A stretch of 64,000 nt of DNA, from assembly GCA_039928695.1 (NCBI GenBank), contig JBDSSQ010000042.1, forward strand, positions 1,216 through 65,215, given 5' to 3'. Below are positions 60,492-64,000 of the stretch, piece by piece. Numbering within the stretch: position 1 is the stretch's first letter; each line of letters starts with the position of its first letter. Below the pieces are notes generated by a model, which ran no database searches, had not been told where the DNA came from, and was given only the letters and a program-made list of their open reading frames with translations. Position numbers and translations under genes: made by a program. The DNA is from Pseudolysinimonas sp. (GTDB taxonomy: Bacteria; Actinomycetota; Actinomycetes; Actinomycetales; Microbacteriaceae).

Positions 60492-61085
60492 TCACTCCCC
60501 CTGGAACCACGGCGGGTACACCGCCACCTTCGGCGCCGCTCCCCCGACATCGGCGAGCAGCTGGCGCACCAGGTCGCGCACCGGGTCGTTGGCGACGCCG
60601 ACCAGGGTGATGGCCGAGAAGGGGACGGGAGCCGCGGCCAGCAGTTCGGCATCCAACAGTTCGGGGTCGAGCGCGTATGTTGCCCGCAGCAACGCGGTTC
60701 CGGCGTCGCCCGCGGCGAAACGGGTGGCGGGAGCCGCCGCATCCCCGTTGGCGAACAGCACGTCGGGGCCGACGGCGCCGGCCGAGGTGACCAGGATCAC
60801 GAACTCGAGCGGGTTCGCCGCCCGCGCAGCGTCGGACCAGTGCACGCCTGCCGCACCGCTGCGCAGCTCGTTCCAGCGCGCGGCGTTCGGGCTGAGCTGG
60901 AACGGCACGCGGTCGGCGACGGTTCCGCCGCTGGCGAGCTCGACACTGCGGCGCAGCTCGCGCGTGGTGGCCGAGCTGACGTCGACCTCGGGTGAGGCAT
61001 CCGCCCGAATGGCCTCATCGATCACGATCGCTTCGAGATTGTGTAGGTGCGTCACGTGGTAGACGCGCTGCGTGTTGAGCAGCAT
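60492..61085 (-). CDS. DarT-like ADP-ribosyltransferase (DUF4433 family); possible N-terminal extension to TTG 61265
   Basis: MLLNTQRVYHVTHLHNLEAIV..., ...VADRVPFQLSPNAARW..., ...LFANGDAAAPATRF..., ...DAELLAAAPVPFSAITLVGV...VAVYPPWF match the conserved DarT blocks (YHiTH..NL..I; VPFYF.PR.PM; FTDRH; AEFLV...P...i..IGV). An in-frame TTG at 61265 has AAGGAG (61273-61278) 7 nt upstream. It would add 60 aa, including AECIHGFEGALCDIC. Confidence 0.6.
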   Translation of the reverse strand: MLLNTQRVYHVTHLHNLEAIVIDEAIRADASPEVDVSSATTRELRRSVELASGGTVADRVPFQLSPNAARWNELRSGAAGVHWSDAARAANPLEFVILVTSAGAVGPDVLFANGDAAAPATRFAAGDAGTALLRATYALDPELLDAELLAAAPVPFSAITLVGVANDPVRDLVRQLLADVGGAAPKVAVYPPWFQGE

Positions 61086-61282
61086 CGTCGGCCGCGAACT
61101 GGTGCGCGGAGCCTGAACGCGCGGCGCCGGCGTGCCATTCGCACTTCGGGATGCTGCGGGGCGACGAGCCGTCGTGGTCGCCGCGCGCCGCACCGGCTCA
61201 GGTGCCTGACGCGGGAAGCAGATGTCGCACAGCGCACCTTCGAAGCCGTGGATGCACTCTGCCAAAGGGAAACTCCTTGTTG

Positions 61283-61296
61283 CTGGAAGATTCCAG
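61283..61296. promoter_or_regulatory. 14-bp palindrome CTGGAAGATTCCAG immediately upstream of the AAGGAG/TTG of the DarT-like gene
   Basis: Read directly. It lies within the ~300-bp gap between the endonuclease stop (61388) and the DarT-like ORF. Confidence 0.35.
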
Positions 61297-61387
61297 GTTA
61301 CGCCAGTGGGGGCGAGGGTGCGTCGGGGCGTCCGTCGGAATGCTCGAGTTCCAGGTGTTCCGTCGAGCTCGCGGTCAGTTCCTCTCG

Positions 61388-62320
61388 CTAGCCAGCAGCT
61401 GGTTCCGGCGACACGGGCACTCCGAGTGCAGTTTGAATGGCCTTCTTGTAGACGTTTTCGTCTGGAAGAGTCACGTTGTTGAAGGCTTCCTGAAGCTTGT
61501 AGACCGTTGTCGATCGCACCGTTTCCGATTTGAGCGGAAGGGACTCGCCATCCACCACCGGCACAAATAGGTCGAGGTCGTAGGCCATGAAGGTGATTGA
61601 CGCCGGTTGGAGCGCGTATGTGATGAGTCCTTCTTGCCCACCCAAGCGCCGCATTATTCGCTCGTAGACGGGAACCGGGCTCACAAAAAACAATCCCTTC
61701 CTGCAAAGCTCTTCGCGCTGAAGCACCTGGCCTTTGTAGATCAACTGGGGAAGGATCCGCTTGTTTACGTTCTCCCAATTCAGTCCCACGCTCGACTTGA
61801 CTACTTCGCGGGATTCAAGCAAGGCATCGCGACTGTCGTGATAGTTGCCGGTCGTATCAATCGTCTGGACTTCGACGGCCACGAACTCAACGAGACGGCC
61901 CATGCCATCTAGGAGGGCCAAGATCCAGTCAACGAAGTACGAGTTCATCCCGTCCTTCTGAGGCAAACGAAGTTCGCCACCCCACCGCTTCCCAAACACT
62001 GCGACAACGGCTGACCCGAGCTTCATTGCCTCGGTGGCCGCAGTTCGTCCAGGTTTCAGGAGTAGCCCAGGCGTGAATGCCCTGTCCGCGACGTCCTGAA
62101 GTATTCGATACTCATTTGCATAGAGCCTGATTGGGCAGCAGATAACTGGAGCCGACGTCACCGGCTTGACGGTACAGACACCTGAGATCGTTCCATCGTT
62201 CAGTGTCTTCTCGCACGTATCCCCAAGGAATGGACACGTTTGCTCATGCGCGCCTTGGGCGGCGATCTCGGATCGGTCCGTGCCGCGGTAGCCGAAAATC
62301 TCGTAGACGGTTCCCGTCAA
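61388..62320 (-). CDS. Type II restriction endonuclease, NotI-family-like (Cys cluster + D...ExQ PD-(D/E)XK variant)
   Basis: ...YEIFGYRG...TCPFLGDTCEKT...SGVCTV...VICCPIRLY..., ...GGELRLPQKDGMNSYFVDWILAL...VEFVAVEVQTIDTTGNY..., ...NVNKRILPQLIYKG. These parallel what I recall of NotI (FFGHRVYP..TCPFL..GVCVV..LVCPNRAL; FSFDWTL..LEIQTMDFHGSY). The TTG start abuts the methylase stop. The region is visibly more A/T-rich than the surrounding DNA. Confidence 0.65.
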   Translation of the reverse strand: MTGTVYEIFGYRGTDRSEIAAQGAHEQTCPFLGDTCEKTLNDGTISGVCTVKPVTSAPVICCPIRLYANEYRILQDVADRAFTPGLLLKPGRTAATEAMKLGSAVVAVFGKRWGGELRLPQKDGMNSYFVDWILALLDGMGRLVEFVAVEVQTIDTTGNYHDSRDALLESREVVKSSVGLNWENVNKRILPQLIYKGQVLQREELCRKGLFFVSPVPVYERIMRRLGGQEGLITYALQPASITFMAYDLDLFVPVVDGESLPLKSETVRSTTVYKLQEAFNNVTLPDENVYKKAIQTALGVPVSPEPAAG

Positions 62321-63526
62321 TCAGACCACACGCCTCAAAACGTTGCGGCTGACTCCCAGAGCAGCCGAGATCGACTGACCGACGGCGGCAGCAAGGAATG
62401 GAGGCACGGCGTTCCCCACCTGTTCGTATTGGTCCACCCGCGACCCAGTGAATCGATACGTGTCGGGGAAGGACTGCAATCTTGCGGCTTCGCGAACAGT
62501 GAACGCCCGGTCTTGCTCGTAGTGGAAGTAGGCGCCCCAGTGCGGATCGCATTTCGTAAGGATCGTTGATGCCAATCCATCGGGATCGACCCGACCGTAA
62601 CGCTTCGTGTGGTCAGATCGACGTGCCCCTTGCATTCCCTTGGGAAGAAGTTCGAACGGGATATCAGTCCAGTTGCCGCCCTGCGGAATGTGCCTCAAAC
62701 GCTCAAGGTTGATCCGGCTAAGTCGAGCAGCCTCATGATTGTGAACTCCATCACTGCCTCCGCGCAGTGCGCGTTGAAAGTCGTTGCTGGCCGGGCCACC
62801 ATAGGACTTGATTCCGTCCCCCGATTCACCGTTCAAGAGGCCGGGGAGATCGCCAATAGCCTCTCGAACTGAGGTATAGCTAGGCAGTTCTACGGACCTT
62901 GGCAACGCCACAATGTTGCGACCGCCAAAGCGAGATGTGAAGTTCACCCGCATTGGAGCGTGACGCTTGGGGTCCGGGAAAGCGGCGAGCGGGTCAGTTC
63001 CGTCGCGAAGTGCAAGGACAATCGTCCTCCAACGTGTTTGAGGAACGCCATAGTGAGGTGCGTAAAGGATTTGGACGTCGGCGCGATAACCCAGATTCTG
63101 AAGGGACTCCATGATTGCGTGGAGAGTTGCACCGCCCTCGAATGAAACGAGTCCCGGCACATTCTCAATAAGAACCGACTTCGGCTGGAACTCATCGACA
63201 AACCGCAAATACTCTTTGAAGAGGTGATTGCGACGATCTTCCGCGCTGCGCTGCGGTGCGTTGATCGAGAACCCCTGACAAGGCGGGCCGCCAGCCATCA
63301 GATCCAACTCGCCCCGATCTAGCCCGAGTTGCTGACGAATTCGTGCGGCATCGACGGTGCGGACATCACTACTATCAACGATCGCGTCCGGGTGATTTAG
63401 GGCGAACGTCGCCGCATAGGTAGGGACGACCTCATTCGCATACAGAGTGCGAAATCCGGCCTCGCTGAGTCCCTCGGACAACCCTCCTGCTCCCGCAAAA
63501 AGGTCGACCATGGTCAGTTCGGGCAT
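62321..63526 (-). CDS. DNA (cytosine-5)-methyltransferase
   Basis: GGAAGGA RBS. Motif I is DLFAGAGGLSEGL, motif IV GGPPCQGFS, motif VI LIENVPGL, motif VIII QTRWR. Also present are ...RLQSFPD... and motif X GNAVPPFL. Confidence 0.92.
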   Translation of the reverse strand: MPELTMVDLFAGAGGLSEGLSEAGFRTLYANEVVPTYAATFALNHPDAIVDSSDVRTVDAARIRQQLGLDRGELDLMAGGPPCQGFSINAPQRSAEDRRNHLFKEYLRFVDEFQPKSVLIENVPGLVSFEGGATLHAIMESLQNLGYRADVQILYAPHYGVPQTRWRTIVLALRDGTDPLAAFPDPKRHAPMRVNFTSRFGGRNIVALPRSVELPSYTSVREAIGDLPGLLNGESGDGIKSYGGPASNDFQRALRGGSDGVHNHEAARLSRINLERLRHIPQGGNWTDIPFELLPKGMQGARRSDHTKRYGRVDPDGLASTILTKCDPHWGAYFHYEQDRAFTVREAARLQSFPDTYRFTGSRVDQYEQVGNAVPPFLAAAVGQSISAALGVSRNVLRRVV

Positions 63527-63627
63527 CAGCTGATCCTTCCGTCGCTAGACACTACGACCGGTGAGCAGGTTCCGCGCGGCGCCAGACGGCGAGTCGACGG
63601 CGCCAAGCTCCCAGGTCTGTCCCGAGG

Positions 63628-63789
63628 CTAGTCGGGCCGTCCGACCTTTGACGGAACGTCGCTCCTACTCGAACTATCGGTGGATCCTTCCCACCGCGCG
63701 AGCTCCTCCTCCGGCAACGGCTCGAAGAAGCTCTCGGGGATCGGCCCGCCCGGCATGAAGCCGAGCTCACGCTTGTCCTCAGCATCCAT
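63628..63789 (-). pseudogene. 53-codon ORF resembling only the C-terminal tail of a Phd/VapB-type antitoxin (remnant?)
   Basis: Own translation; the ORF is under 60 aa and absent from the track: MDAEDKRELGFMPGGPIPESFFEPLPEEELARWEGSTDSSSRSDVPSKVGRPD*. Compare the tail of the 59715-59948 antitoxin (...GQIWMSEDFDDFTEQDEKDWYGE). GGGAGAG lies upstream of the ATG. No toxin gene follows. Confidence 0.25.
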
Positions 63790-63791
63790 GA

Positions 63792-64000
63792 TCAACTCTC
63801 CCGCTTCCCGTACTTGTGGAACCCTTCCCCCGTCGCCACCCCGAGCTTGCCCTGGTCGATGTACTGCTCCTTGAGCAGCTTCGCGAAGGCCTGCGACTTG
63901 GGGCGCGGGTCAGCCATCGCCACGTTGTAGGGCGTCATCAGACCGATCACGTCGTAGATCTGGAACGGCCCAGACGGCGCCCCGGTCGCGATGCGCCAGG
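63792..64000 (-). CDS. 3-hydroxyacyl-CoA dehydrogenase, C-terminal end only (gene continues past the right window edge)
   Basis: Own translation: ...WRIATGAPSGPFQIYDVIGLMTPYNVAMADPRPKSQAFAKLLKEQYIDQGKLGVATGEGFHKYGKRES*. This is the typical HAD C-terminal domain (GPF..D.iGL...; G.LG...G.GF..Y). Confidence 0.75.
   Translation of the reverse strand, partial: WRIATGAPSGPFQIYDVIGLMTPYNVAMADPRPKSQAFAKLLKEQYIDQGKLGVATGEGFHKYGKRES

Noticed and set aside
61266-61778. The long upstream extension of track ORF 60492-61778 (428 aa).
   Set aside because: Beyond 61388 it overlaps the well-supported endonuclease gene in another frame, and it is Arg/Gly-rich nonsense. Only ATG 61085 or TTG 61265 are credible starts.
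1-64000. Search for integrase, transposase or IS ends, prophage genes and conjugation genes to explain the two accessory islands.
   Set aside because: None was recognised in any frame. The only selfish-type gene is the DUF222-HNH endonuclease at 19428-20792, which is not adjacent to either island.

Overview
This is a high-GC, densely coding 64-kb window with an actinobacterial-type gene set (MarP, Ku/LigD, DUF222-HNH, DUF2510 proteins). The taxon is inferred from gene content only. I support about 65 protein genes. I recognised no rRNA, tRNA, CRISPR array, transposase or integrase.

The layout has three parts.

1. Left end (1-11.4 kb): a type I R-M locus. A Doc-type Fido gene, hsdM and hsdS are separated from hsdR by about 5 kb of accessory genes. 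These are vapBC, a DUF4190 membrane protein, phd/relE, a PIN toxin with an unusually long 286-aa upstream partner, and a DUF2188 + 3-TM cassette followed by two twin 32-codon ORFs.

2. Middle (11.4-58 kb): mostly chromosomal functions.
- A MarR/MBL-hydrolase operon with a clear palindromic operator.
- A processive GT2 synthase with a coupled mini membrane protein, next to three c-di-GMP genes.
- DUF222-HNH, a PPOX-family protein, DUF805, MarP, an HtrA-like protease, and two DUF3137-like paralogs behind a 16-bp iteron array.
- PrsW, an MFS transporter, and a GlcD-like oxidase.
- An Ada-AlkA / Ku / LigD / AlkA-like repair cluster.
- AspA, Pit, a Ski2-like helicase, four consecutive DUF2510 genes, and an acyl-CoA synthetase.

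3. Right end (58.1-63.8 kb): a second accessory island without any recombinase. It carries a 3-gene Phd/PIN/HTH module, a second Phd/PIN pair, a DarT-like (DUF4433) ADP-ribosyltransferase, a visibly lower-GC NotI-family endonuclease + C5-methyltransferase cassette, and a truncated antitoxin remnant at the junction with core genes.

The best candidate for an undescribed system is the DarT-like gene and its neighbour. The only downstream partner is a 141-aa degenerate RadC/JAB-like protein, not a macrodomain (DarG) or NADAR antitoxin. Secondary candidates are the PIN + 286-aa partner pair and the DUF2188/3-TM cassette inside the split type I locus.

All family assignments come from motif reading by eye. 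None was verified by a database search.
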